A stretch of DNA of 64,000 bases from assembly GCF_036365525.1 (NCBI RefSeq), contig NC_090409.1, positions 31,444,437 through 31,508,436 of the forward strand, written 5' to 3'. The translations under genes and the position numbers were made by a program. The DNA is from Heterodontus francisci (Eukaryota). Below are positions 11,553 to 23,563 of the stretch, in pieces. Below the pieces are notes generated by a model. That model was not told where the DNA came from. It searched no databases and was given only the letters and a program-made list of their open reading frames with translations. Positions within the stretch are counted from its first letter, which is position 1; every line of letters begins with the position of its first letter.

Positions 11553-12951
11553 AAATAAAAACAAGAAATGCTGGAACCACTCAGCAGGTCTGGCAGCATC
11601 TGTGAAAAGCGAAGCAGAGTTAACGTTTCGGGTCAATGACCCTTCTTCGGAACTGACAAATATTAGAAAAGTCACAGGTTATAAGCAAGTGAGGTGGGGG
11701 TGGGGCAAGAGATAACAAAGGAGGTGTAGATTGGACCAGGCCACATAGCTGACCAAAAGGTCACGGAGCAAAGGCAAACAATATGTTAATGGTGTGTTGA
11801 AAGACAAAGCATTAGTACAGATTAGCTGTTAATGCATTGAATATTGAACAGCAGCAAGTGAAAAACTGAAAAAAAAAAACAGTGGGTAAACAAACTGAAC
11901 AAACTAAGATGAAATGAAATAAATGCAGAAAAAAAAGATTGTAAAAAATGCAAAAAAAAGAATGTAAAAAAAAAAGAAAAAAAGAACTAAAAATGAAAAA
12001 TGTCATGCTCTGAAATTATTGAACTCAATGTTCAGTCCGGCAGGCTGTAGTGTGCCTAATCGGTAGATGAGATGCTGTTCCTCGAGCTTGCGTTGATGTT
12101 CACTGGAACACTGCAGCAATCCCAGGACAGAGATGTGAGCATGAGGGCAGGGGGGAATGTTGAAATGGCAAGCAACCGGAAGCTCAGGGTCCTGCTTGTG
12201 GACTGAGTGGAGCTGTTCCGCAAAGCGGTCACCCAGTCTGCGCTTGGTCTCCCCAATGTAGAGGAGACCACACTGTGAGCAGCGAATACAGTATACTGCA
12301 TTGAAAGAAGTACAAGTAAATCGCTGCTTCACCTGAAAGGAGTGTTTGGGGCCTGGGATAGTGAGGAAAGGGGAGGTAAATGGGCAGGTATTACACCTCC
12401 TGCGATTGCAGGGGAAGGTGCCATGGGACGGGGACGAGGTTGTGGGGGTAATGGAGGAGTGGACCAGGGTGTGACGGAGGGAATGATCCCTTCGGAATGC
12501 TGACAGGGGAAGGGAGGGGATGATGCGACTGGTAGTGGCATCACGCTGGAGGTGGTGGAAATGGCGGAGGATGATCCTTTGGGTATGGAGGCTGATGGGG
12601 TGGAAAGTGAGGACAAGGGGAACCCTGTCGCAGTTCTGGGAGGGAGGGGAAGAGGTGAGGGTAGAGGTGCGGGGAATGGGCCGGACACGGTTGAGGGCCC
12701 TGTCAGCCACAGTGGGGGGAAATCCTCGGTTGAGGAAAAAGGAGGTCATATCAGAAGCACCGTCATGGAAGGTAGCATCATTAGAGCAGATGCGTCTTAG
12801 ACGGAGAAACTGGGAGAATGGAATGGAGTCCTTACAGGAGGTAGGGTGTGAAGAAGTGTAGTTGAGGTAGCTGTGGGAGTCGGTGGGCTTATAATGGATA
12901 TTAGTAGACAACCTATCCCCAGAGATGGAGACAGAGAAGTCGAGGAAGGGA
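11553..12951 (-). mobile_element. Penelope-like element, 5'-truncated (RT thumb plus GIY-YIG)
   Basis: PFLDFSV...YKPTDSHSYL...CNRRRCNTC...NAVYCIRCSQCGLLYIGETKRRLGDRF...GLNIEF. Confidence 0.93.
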
Positions 12952-14599
12952 GAACTATGCGTGTATGGTGATTGAGGTCTCTGAGGTACAATTCTGAGAC
13001 TTTGACTGTGTCCGCCAGTTGCTAGACTTTGACGGTCAGCTGTCCCACTTTTGAGCATGTCAGTGAGCAGGACTTTGCACGATCGACTGGCTTGCTACAA
13101 TAAAGTGGGTTCCTCATCAGTTAAGGATCAAACATGTTGGGAATAGAACTGGAGTAACATATAGGACAGACTGGGTGAGGGCGGCGGGTTTTCTTTCCTA
13201 AAGGATATTCCTAAACCTGTTGAGTTTTGACTTCAATCCAGCAGCTTCAATGCTCCCCTTACTCATGTGTCAAGAATTTTTAAAACTGAGTCACAAACTT
13301 TTTCGTGATATTTAGATATTTTGTCTTGTTCTATTAGCCCAGTTGTCATAATATTAGTCGAATAGCAGCCACTACACTATTGGGGTCTATACTCTCCATT
13401 TGCCTCGATTCCTACGATCCTCATTAGACAAATCATACCTGTGACATTATTGCATCTTGAGCTTTTCTGTAAAAGTAGTTGGCATCGGATGAGTTCTGGC
13501 AGTTTTGCTAAATACACAGGATGGATTGCAACGCCATAGAATACAGTGGAGGAAGAGAAAACAGCAAAATGAGTTAAAACAATGTCGGGATTGCAACTGA
13601 AGAAGCATATCCGGTTTGGTGATTTGCCATTAAAATCGATTTGGAATGAATTCGATGTCGTGTTGCTTTGAATTTGCCCATTAACTGGAAGTGGAATGTG
13701 AAACTGCTTGACTGTTAAGCTTCATGCACTGTGATGGGCTCCGATCTCTTTGCAGGGACACTTCTGTGCAATACCAGCGGTGATTAAAAGATTACTGCTA
13801 TATTCGCCATGGTTGTCACACATAATTCTCACTTATCACTGTATTATAGAAAATGGTCACTAATAAATCCAATAAAGCGTTCAGGAGACATTTCTTTACT
13901 CAGAGGGTATTCAGAATGTAGAATGAGCGTCCAGAAATTGTGCTTTCTTAGAGGTTTCACGTTCAGTAATCAAACTGAGTGTTTGTTGACCTACTAAATT
14001 GTTTATTTCACTCATATACCGCATATATTTTAGAACGGATATAGCTGGAATCTCAAGCTCATTTCTATGTGAGCCATTGGTTTCTGTCCTAGAGACGGCA
14101 CATGAACACACTCAAATGCCAAGACGTTTATTTATAGACATTGTGATGGAATAAATCTTCGCCTCTCAAAGGCCCAGCTTAAACATTCTGTGGCCTTTCT
14201 TAATCACTTTTGTCAAGTAGACCTTTAAGGCTACACCAGGTCACTGCCAAAAATTTTTCATTCTCCGCCCCATCGGGAATTAAATATCAGATGGGGCATC
14301 TCAACCAATCTCATAGGGTTCCACCTCGTCTTGTTCAAACAAAGTAGGATTAGTTGGGTTAAGTTGCTGTTAAAGTACTCTAGAAGGTTAAAGTCGTAAC
14401 AGGATAGTTTTAATTTAGGGTATACCAAATATATTTTCTTTGAACAAGAGAGGATTAATGTCAGCAGCTCGTACTGTAAGAAACCAATAGTCCCAGATCA
14501 ACTGTACAAATTATTGGTCAAGAGCCAACGAGTTTAAAACATGACTGCCGATTCACTATAGCCCAAAGCCACTTTTCTCCCAACACAATGACAACTAGG

Positions 14600-15070
14600 T
14601 TCACTGGGCTGATTCCTGGGATGAAGGGATTTTCATATGACAATAGTTCGAGCGGATTGGGCCGATGTTCATTGGAGGTTGGAGGAATTACACCTTATTG
14701 AAACAAATCACACTCTGAGGGGACTTGACAGGGTAGTGAGGATGTTTACGCTCGTAGGGGGATCTCGAATTAGGGGGCACAGTTTCGAATTATGGGTCTT
14801 CTTAATGCAGAGATGAGGAGGAATTTCCTCTTTCCAGGTGGTCATTATTCTTTGGAAGTCCTGTTCCCCAGATGCAGTGGCGGTTGGGTCAGTGAACAGA
14901 TTCAAGGCTGAGTTGGACAGATTTTTGATCTGCAAGGGAGTCAAGGGTTATGGGGAGCCAGCAGGAAAGTGGAGTTGAGGCTACAATCAGATCAGCCATG
15001 ACCGCATTGAACGGTGCAGCAGACTAGAGGGGCCGAGTAGCCTACTCATACTCCTATTTCTTATGCTCTT
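14600..15070 (+). mobile_element. CR1 LINE 3' fragment (degenerate)
   Basis: ggctgattcctgggatgaaggg ... gggccgagtagcctactcatactcctatttcttatg resembles the 3' end of the CR1 at 33.3-34.1 kb. Confidence 0.8.
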
Positions 15071-15884
15071 TCGATATTACAACAGCAATTCATGAAGAAA
15101 GTCGCCATTTAACCAGTTTAAAACATGTTCAAGGACATCTCAATGACTGTTTGAACCCCTCTCTGAACTTCTTCTGGATCACTGCATAAATGCACGTGTT
15201 TGTGCAGCAACTCAAAAGGAGGAGTAAATACCCAGCTTCCTGAAGGATATGAAGAGGATCATTGTACCCAGTGTAACTGTAACCGCTTGTAATTCGGAAA
15301 TATAAGTAATGTACGGTAAACATCATCCACAAGAGGAAAACTTCCTGATATAGCAAGAAGTAAAATTATGGATTTTCTTCTGTTTTCCATCCCGGGATCA
15401 TTTTCATCTTCACCATATTTCTTGCCATGGAGTCCCCTTCGAATCCTATTGGCCACTATAATTGATCTCACTGAGAGTGCATTCAGAAGCAGAATTAAAA
15501 CCAAATGTAAGAGTGGGGTTTAGATCTTGGAAAGGTGCGAAAATGCTAACCACAGAGCTATTGTGAAATAGTCAGTTTGTAGAACCAGGGCACATTATTC
15601 ATGATGGATAGAGGTTCTATTGTAAAGTACCGAGGGATGTTTCCTAAACAGCTCAGCAGATACATCGTTCCCACAACGCCACATGCTGTTTGTTTGCTGT
15701 AATACTTGTTTTCAGTTTCTGGCAGCAAATGGCCATATATCGATCAAAGGTGAATGTGACCGTTAACCAGACAAAACTGTCTTTGGCGGTGTGAACCAGT
15801 AAGGTTTTCAGAGTGCGCACAGGGATAATAGACAGAAAACTGGGAAATAAAGAATAATTATTCTAATAGTAGCAGGAAATATCT

Positions 15885-16157
15885 TTTGTTTTATTTGTTC
15901 ATGGGATATTGGCATCGCTGGCTAGGCCAGCATTTATTGTCCATCCTTAATTGCCCTCGAGAAGGTGGTGGTGAGATGCCTTTAACCTCTGTAACCATGT
16001 GGGGTAGGTACACCCACAGTGCTGTTAGGAAGGGAGTTCCAGGATTTTGACCCAGCGACAGTGAAGGAACGGCGATATAGTTCCAAGTCAGGATGGTGTG
16101 TGACTTGGAGGGGAACTTGCAGGTGGTGGTGTTCCCATTTATCTGCTGTCCTTGGTC
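15885..16157 (-). mobile_element. 3' end of the CR1/L2-group LINE (same family as 3510-4285)
   Basis: Reverse complement closely matches 4020-4285. Confidence 0.85.
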
Positions 16158-16210
16158 CTTTTTTTTAATTGATGAAGGAGATTTCTTGCCTCAGTTTGTT
16201 GCACGGCATT

Positions 16211-16560
16211 TAGACCTGGGTCTAATTCCATTCTACCAGAACCCGTGCTAGGTCCCACTACACCAGACCTGGTGCTAAATTCCACTTCACGAAACTCGAT
16301 GTTAAATCCTAATCTCCCAGACCTATGACCCAGTCCCACCTCCCCGCACCCGAACCTCATTCCCCCAGGCCCAGTGATTTTTCACATTTTCCCCATGTCC
16401 GGTTCTCAGTTCTACTCGCCCAGACCCAGTACTCAATTGCATTTCCGCACACCTAGTGCTCAGTCTAATTTCACCAGATTACATTGTCTTCCCCTCTGCC
16501 CCAGGGCCACTCCTCAGTTCTATTCATGTACACCCTGTGCTTGGTTCCAGTCCCTGAGAC
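16211..16560. repeat. Degenerate ~27-bp minisatellite
   Basis: Recurring units such as agacctggtgctaaattccacttcacg, agaacccgtgctaggtcccactacacc and agacctatgacccagtcccacctcccc. Confidence 0.55.
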
Positions 16561-17932
16561 TGTGTTCATTGTGTCCGAATCATAATAGGTATATCCTGGC
16601 TGGACAAAATCACAAATGTGGCGGTTCTCTCAAAGGCAGAGTGTGTTGCCTCCCTGTTATGAACAATTTCTTAGTATAATTATTTACCTGGTATACCGAT
16701 GACTGCAAGAACAGCATAGTAAAGAGCATACATCAGACCACTTTCTGGATCATGCATTTTTCTTTCAGTTGTGATGGCCCCTGTCAATGTTGGAATGACA
16801 GGCTCTGAAACGTGCTCATGAGTCATTTGAAGACTCTTTAATATATCCTTGAGTGCAGCCTCGTGTGACACAACTAACAGGGACATTAGCTACAGTTATT
16901 TGAACAAACAAACTATGATAGGTGTTGTCATGTTTTATTCAGTAATGTAACCTGATACGTATATTTCAACCAAAATTAACATTTAAGTATCCATACATGT
17001 ATTTATCATAACCATGTATATGTTTGCATATATGTTTCTACATATGTGTGCCTGTGTGCGTATGTGAGACAGAGAGAGAGAATATCAGACAACTTCCAGT
17101 GCCAAGTAACAAGCTGTTTGGACATGTGCATTATGCATTCGAATGAGATAGTCCACGTCTGGGATGAAGCTGAGCTCAGGGTTAAGCAGAACGTCCAAGG
17201 TTACACACATTTAGCCTTCGCTTAAAGACGATTGTATTGGAGTCACGGTAAAATGCATCCATTGAATCTGAGATTTGTTTTACAAATTCATATACACTCA
17301 ATTACCAAAATCATAATGATGGTTTTAATTGTAGCATGATAGTGTCGTGCAATTATTATTTTACATTAACTTGATTGAAAAGTGGACAATATCGCAATGG
17401 TTCATTATTCGACTATTATATGCAGAAAGAGGTAAGCAAGCATCAAATAGAGCTTGGAGAATTAAAAAGCGACAGCGTATATTATGTTCTTTTTAATAAA
17501 TTCAAACCGTGACAAAACACTGTTTCTTTAAATTTATTTGCATGGATTGAGGGTGGAATTACTGCTGCGATGGAGACTCTACCCCAAATGCTTGTTGAAA
17601 GTTAGCGCAATCAAGACCTTTTACTTTCATTTCAACCAAGTCGCTAAAATGTAAGAGCACATCTGCTGGTCTACTTGAATATTTACTAATCTAAATTGTA
17701 GAAGTGACTGTGATGTATGTAAGGATATCATGTTTAATTTCAGTTTTTTCTTTCTAAATTTGAGGATTGCTTGCTTTTTATGCTATTTATTGACTTGCTT
17801 CGACAGACATCAGAGTAATATCATCAAATATCACACAGCACTGTGACAAGGCGGGGTAGAGAGCACAGCATCTCAAAATTCCAACTTGAACCTACTCCTT
17901 ATCCTTTATTACCTCAATGCAGGCACTGTGCA

Positions 17933-18150
17933 ATTTTTATTTATTTTTATTTAGAGATACAGCACTGAAACAGGCCCTTCGGCCCACCGAGTCTGTGCCG
18001 ACTAACAACCACCCATTTATGCTAACCCTACAGTAATGCCATATTCCCTACCACCTACCTACACTAGGGGCAATTTACAATGGCCAATTTACCTATCAAC
18101 CTGCAAGTCTTTGGCTGTGGGAGGAAACCGGAGCACCCGGCGAAAACCCG
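17933..18150 (-). mobile_element. HE1-type V-SINE, 5'-truncated
   Basis: Near-identical to the 3' half of the SINE at 21002-21344. Confidence 0.9.
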
Positions 18151-18857
18151 AAAAATTTGGAAGGCTATTTGGAAGAAGGAGGAGTTGCAGTTTCGGGGGA
18201 AGGTGTTATTATAGCTGTAGGCTTATCAAAGAGGGGGTTAAGCCTGGGATGGTGGCTGAAGTGTAGAAAAGTCCAGGACTACTGAAGGGGTGGGGTTGGG
18301 ATTTGGGCATACAGAGTACCAGAGAGGAAAGATATTAAAGGAGGGTAGAAAATAATAAAGTGGAAATGGACGTGATGGGTTCTGATCCAGAGCAGCAGCC
18401 AAAGTGCACAAGCAAATGGACATGGCGAGTACATAAGTTTCATAGCCTAAAGAGAAAATGGTGGGGCCATTATTGATGCGAATGGGAGGAGAGGTTTTAG
18501 CTCAGGGTTGTCCAAACTTTTTGAGTGAAGGGGCGCATTACGCACTGGGGGTGGGAGGGGGGGGGGGTGCAGTGAACAAAGATAAAGGCATTAAAAATGT
18601 ATCTTACTAATAAAAACAACAAATGTGCATTTTTGTGAAGAAGCTTTAAATGAGAAGATGAATCCATTGACTTACTTTCCCGTCACTATGTTGAAAACTG
18701 ATTTAGTGACCTACCATGCATTGTTTTTTCTTGTATAAGTAGTCAATCTCTGCCCACACATTTGATGTATCGATGCAGAGTATTCTGGATAGATTTCCAA
18801 ATGTCAGGAGAGACCTTGATCTCACTCCCTGCATTCTGTGTTGCATTCTCTCTTCCC

Positions 18858-19153
18858 CAACCCCTCCCCTCCAGGACTAGGGGACACAGTCTAAAGGTTT
18901 TGGGCAAAAGATGCAGGGGGAATATGAGCAAGCGCGTTTTTACTTATCGGGTGGTAATGACCTGGAATTCGCTGCTCACAAGGGTGGTGGAAGTGGAGAT
19001 GATCAATGACTCCAGGAGGAAGTTGGATGGTCACCTGACAGAAACAGACTTGCAGGACTCTGGGCTTCAGCCAGGAAGTGGGACTGACTGCATAGCTCCT
19101 TGGAGAGCCGTCATGGACTCGCTGGGCCGAATGGCCTCCTTCTGTGCTGTAAG
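18858..19153 (+). mobile_element. CR1 3' fragment
   Basis: SRTRGHSLKV...VFTYRVVMTWNSL, followed by the ctgggccgaatggcctccttctgtgctgtaa tail. Confidence 0.8.
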
Positions 19154-19169
19154 CAAATGATTCAATGGC

Positions 19170-19405
19170 TCTGCCTCCCCTCCTCTCGCTCCCCTTTCTG
19201 TCTCTATCTCTCTGCCCCCCCGTCTGTCCCCCTCTCCCTGTCTCTCTCCCTGTCCCTCTCTGTCCCTCTTTCCCCCTCTCTCTGTCCCTGTCTCCCCCCT
19301 CTCTGTCCCTCTTTTCCCCTCTCTCTGTCCCTGTCTCCCCCTCTCTCTGCCCATGTCTCCCCCTCTCTCTGTCCCTTTCTCACCCCTCTCTCTCTCTCTC
19401 TCCAG
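19170..19405. repeat. CT-rich low-complexity tract
   Basis: (ctctgtccc)n-like sequence. Confidence 0.9.
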
Positions 19406-19559
19406 CACCCCGTGTCTTCCGTGTTCCCACTCCCTGTACAGTACTCCCCGTTCCCCACTCAACCTTCCGGGTTCCCCGCTCAATGTTCCCGCTCCACGTT
19501 GTGTGTGTACCACTCAGTGTGCCTGGTTCCTCGCTCCATGATCCTTGTAGCAGCCATTC

Positions 19560-19900
19560 CAACGACCGGATAGTTACCATGCCTGTTTTATTTAAGTTGG
19601 GCCGAGTGGAGGCGGGAACCCGCCCAGCGTGCAGGATACAGGACATTTACTGAATAGCGCGAAAACAACAGGAGCGGCCGATCCGAGGTACCTCTGCCGA
19701 ATTCCACCAATCAGCGCTAACGCTGCCTGGGCAGCCCCTGTCAGTCACAGGGATTGACCAATCACAGACAGGTTTTCCCTTGTCCGTCAGACACAAGTTC
19801 CGCCTTGACGTCCATGGGAGCGTCAATCAGAGCTGAGCCATCGGCAGATAGGCGGGCCGGAAGGAAACCTTCGGCCGGTCGGATTCTGGCCGGCGGGCCT
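19560..19900. promoter_or_regulatory. CpG-rich, promoter-like segment with CCAAT boxes
   Basis: CCAAT at 19707 and 19758, TGACGTC at 19806, GC-box-like ggcggg motifs, and many CpGs in an otherwise CpG-poor region. Confidence 0.4.
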
Positions 19901-19902
19901 TA

Positions 19903-20520
19903 TGTTGGCCAACCCAGGTATAGAATATAAGAGCAGAGAGGTTTTGCTGGAACTGTATAAATCATTGGTTAGGCCGCAACCTGAGTACTGTGCGCAGTTC
20001 TGGTCACATCATTACAGAAAGGATGTAATTGCACTAGAGAGGGTACGGAGGATGTTACCAAGACTGGAAAAATGCAGCTATGGATTGAATAGGCTGGGGT
20101 TGTTCTCCGTGGAACAGAGAAGGCTGAGGGGAGATCTGATCGAAATGTACAAAATTTTGAGGGGCCTGGATAGAGTGGAGCTGAAGGGTCTATTCACCTT
20201 AGCAGAGGGGTCAGTGACGAGGGGGCATAGATTTAAAGTGATTGGTAGAAAACCTAGAGGGGAGATGAGGGAATTCCTTTTCACCCAGAGGGTGGCGGGA
20301 GTCTGGAACTCACTGCCTGAAAGGGTAGTTGAGGCAGAGACCCTCAACTCATTCAAAAGGAGTCTGGATATGCACATCAAGTGCTGCAATCTGCATGGCT
20401 ACAGACCAAATGCTGGAAGGTGGGATTAGAATAGGTGGATCGTTTTTTGGCCGGCACAGACACGATGGGCCAAGTGGCCTCTTTCTGTGCCTTAAACTTT
20501 CTACAATTCTATGCTTCTAA
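19903..20520 (+). mobile_element. CR1 LINE 3' fragment
   Basis: YKSREVLLELYKSLVRPQPEYCAQFWS...RRLRGDLIEMYKI...TRGH...FTQRVAGVWNSL. Confidence 0.92.
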
Positions 20521-21001
20521 ACATTGTCAAGAAGAAATAAACTGCTTTGAAGTGATTATTTTTTTAGGGACAACCCAGTTTTCTGTGGTCAATTTATAAC
20601 AGACATATCAATATTCTAAGTTTCATTTTTTTTAAAGTATGTGTAATTTCTTAAAGAGCAGCCTTTGGCAACAGTGTTCTTCCTGGTGGAGAAGTATGGA
20701 TCGATTACACTGTACAGGTAACAAAGTTGACATAAATAAACGGATGTATGGATAATTTGTCCTGATGGAAAATTGTATACGGATATATGTGCAGCAGAGG
20801 TTTTCAGAGAGCAAATTTTGCTGCTGTTTTAATGCCAAAGACGGATGTCCTGTTTTGAGATGCCTGATGTGTTCTTAATATATTCCACTTTGCACGCTGT
20901 TCATTTCACATGTGAACACAGAGGGAATATGAAAACGTGAAGACAGAATTTCGGGGTGGTGTATCACATTGGGTTTTAGTGCATCAGGCGGTATAGCAAC
21001 A

Positions 21002-21344
21002 GGCACAGTGGCGCAGTGGTTAGCACCGCAGCCTCACAGCTCCAGCGACCCGGGTTCAATTCTGGGTGCTGCCTGTGTGGAGTTTGCAAGTTCTCCTTGT
21101 GTCTGCGTGGGTTTCCTCCGGGTGCTCCGGTTTCCTCCCACATGCCAAAGACTTGCAGGTTGATAGGTTAATTGGCCATTATAAATTGCCCCTAGTATAG
21201 GTAGGTGGTAGGGAAATATAGGGACAGGTGGGGATGTGGTAGGAATATGGGATTAGTGTAGGATTAGTATAAATGGGTGGTTAATGGTTGGCACAGACTC
21301 GGTGGGCCGAAGGGCCTGTTTCAGTGCTGTATCTCTAAACTAAA
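21002..21344 (+). mobile_element. Full-length HE1-type tRNA-derived V-SINE
   Basis: A box tggcgcagtgg, B box ggttcaattc, V-domain tgtgtggagtttgca...gtgggtttcctccgggtgctccggtttcctccca, and CR1-like tail gggccgaagggcctgttt. Confidence 0.93.
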
Positions 21345-21574
21345 CACCCCACCAGATAGTCAATGACATTGACTGCAATATAGCTGAATATCAGATCGGG
21401 CTGGCCGATGTGATACTGTCCATTTGTTCCCTACCATCCAAGATGAAACTCTAACTGTTGGACTGCACAAGGACTGGTTGGTGCAACCAACCAATGATGT
21501 CAAGGCTTTTCTCTCTCCCATTTCTGCACTTCCCCTCTCTGTTCTTTCTCACAAGCCGTTAATGGTCAACACTG

Positions 21575-22730
21575 GTATAATGTAAAATGTGGAGCAAGAA
21601 GAGAGGCCTGGGCTCTTTGTGTACAGATCTTTGAAAATAGCAGGCTAGATTTACAGAGCAGTTGATAAAGCATATGGGAACCTGAGTTTTACTGATAGAG
21701 GCATAGAGAACTAAAAAAAAACCCACAGGAAATCACGGTAAGCCTACAGCAAACACTAGTTGGGCGCCAATTGGTGAATTGTGTCTGATTGTGAATGCTG
21801 TACTTGAGGAAGGACGTAAAGGCTTTGGAGAGGCTACACAAGAGATTTCCTAGAATGGTTCCAGGGATAAGGCGTTAGTTATGTGGGATAGACTGGAGAA
21901 ACTGTGATTGTTATCCTTAACAGAGAGCAAAGAAAGAACAAAGAACAGTACAGCACAGGAACAGGTCATTCGGCCCTCCAAGCCTGCACTGATCTTGATG
22001 CCTGCCTAAACTAACACCTTCTGCACCTCCGGGGCCCATATCCCTCTATTCCCATCCTATTCATGTATTTGTCAAGATGCCTCTTAAACGTCGCTATCGT
22101 ACCTGCTTCCACCACCTCCCCCGGCAGCAAGTTCCAGGCACTCACCACCCTCTGTGTAAAAACCTTGCCTCGCACATCCCCTCTAAACTTTGCCCCTCGC
22201 ACCTTAAACCTATGTCCCCCAGTAACTGACTCTTCCACCCTGGGAAAAAGCTTCTGACTATCCACTCTGTCCATGCCGCTCATAACTTTGTAAACCTCTA
22301 TCATGTCGCCCCTCCACCCCCGTCGTTCCAGTGAAAACAATCCGAGTTTTTCCAACCTCTCCTCATAGCAAGCTGAGAAAATTCGACAGAGATGTTTAAA
22401 ATCATGAAAGGTTTAGTCAGAGTAAATAAGGATAAACTGTTGCCAAAGGCTGAAGGATCGATAACGAGAGGTCACTAATTAATGATGATTAACATAGAAA
22501 CCTAAGGCGACATGAGGAATAACTTATTTGTGCAATGAATGGTTAGGATTTGGAGTACACGTCTTGATAATGTGGCGGCTGGATTTCAATAGTGGACTTC
22601 AAAATTAAATTGAATAAATACTGTAAGGAGAAAAAAGTGCTGGAATATGGGTAAAAAGTGTGGGAGTGGGAGTAACTAAATTAGCTTTTGAGAAACGTTT
22701 TGGCTGAATGGCCTTCCTTTGTGTTGTATT
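21575..22730 (+). mobile_element. Old CR1 fragment (host of the nested element)
   Basis: Degenerate CR1 ORF2 3' sequence continues on both sides of 21931-22368. Confidence 0.7.
21931..22368 (-). mobile_element. Young CR1 3' fragment nested in the older CR1
   Basis: LEKLGLFSLERRGWRGDMIEVYK...FTQRVVSAWN. Nearly identical to 42935-43350. Confidence 0.92.
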
Positions 22731-22967
22731 ATTCAATGATTCCATTCTGTGATATTGCCCAGTTCTAATGAAGGATATGGACCCGACATGTTAATATGCT
22801 TCCTGACCTGATTAGTATTTCTATCAGTCTCTATTTGTGTCTGAGATTTGCAGCATCTACCATTTTCTGTTTCTTGCCCTACTGTCTGCAGGTACATTAC
22901 ATGTAACACCAAATCACTCAACTCACAGGCCAGTGTTTCCACATGATTTAGGGACAGATAGCAGCGT

Positions 22968-23563
22968 ATTTTTTTTAATTCATTCATGGGATGTGGGCGT
23001 CACTGGTCAGGCCAGCATTTATTGCCCATCCGTAATTGCCCTTGAGAAGGTGGTGGTGAGCTGCCTTCTTGAACAGCTGCAGTCCATGTGGGGTAGGTAC
23101 ACCCACAGTGCTGTTAGGAAGGGAATTCCAGGATTTTGACCCAGCGACAGTGAAGGAACGGCGATATAGTTTGTCATTTCCGGTGGCTAGGTCGATGCCG
23201 GGTGGTCCGGCTGGTTTCATTCTTTTTTATTGACTTCGTAGCGGTTAGATACAACTGAGTGGCTTGCTAGGCTATTTCAGAGAGCATGTAAGAGCTAACC
23301 ACATTGCTGTGGATCTGGAGTCACATGTAGGCCAGACCAGGTAAGGACAGCAGATTTCCTTCCCTAAAGGACATTAGTGAACCAGATGGGTTTTTACAAC
23401 AATCGACAATGGTTTCATTAGACTAGCTTCTAATTCCAGATTTATTAATTAAATTCAAATTCCACCTTCTGCTGTGGTGGGATTCGAACCCATGTCTCCA
23501 GATCAATACCCTGTTCTCTGGGTTACTAGTCCAGTGATAATACCACTACGCCACCGCCTCCCC
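22968..23563 (-). mobile_element. tRNA-headed element: Pol III head, central body and LINE 5' leader joined to the LINE 3' tail
   Basis: Head has ggtggcgtagtgg (A box) and ggttcgaatcc (B box). 23172-23376 matches 52510-52715. 22968-23170 matches the LINE tail at 4085-4285. Confidence 0.85.

Larger units (their letters stand above)
15092..16757 (-). pseudogene. GPR139/GPR142-like rhodopsin-family GPCR pseudogene (2 exons)
   Basis: Exon 1 at 16757-16688 is MHDPESGLMYALYYAVLAVIGIP-G|gtaaat. The exon 2 remnant (~15870-15092) has VWLTVTFTFDRYMAICCQKLK, LILLLNALSVR, DPGMENRRKSIILLLAISGSF and LLSCCTNTCIYAV in different frames, plus a premature TGA. The 5' part of exon 2 is missing next to a LINE fragment. 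Confidence 0.9.

Noticed and set aside
12003-13058. 351-aa ORF as a host gene or fusion
   Set aside because: Apart from ~35 N-terminal residues of flanking DNA, it is a 5'-truncated Penelope ORF. There is no evidence of domestication.
19067-19653. Overlapping 84-162 aa ORFs on both strands
   Set aside because: Same artefact over a CT-rich tract and a CR1 tail.
21002-21075. tRNA-like A/B boxes (also near 23500 and in other copies)
   Set aside because: These are SINE heads followed by SINE body and tail, not tRNA genes.
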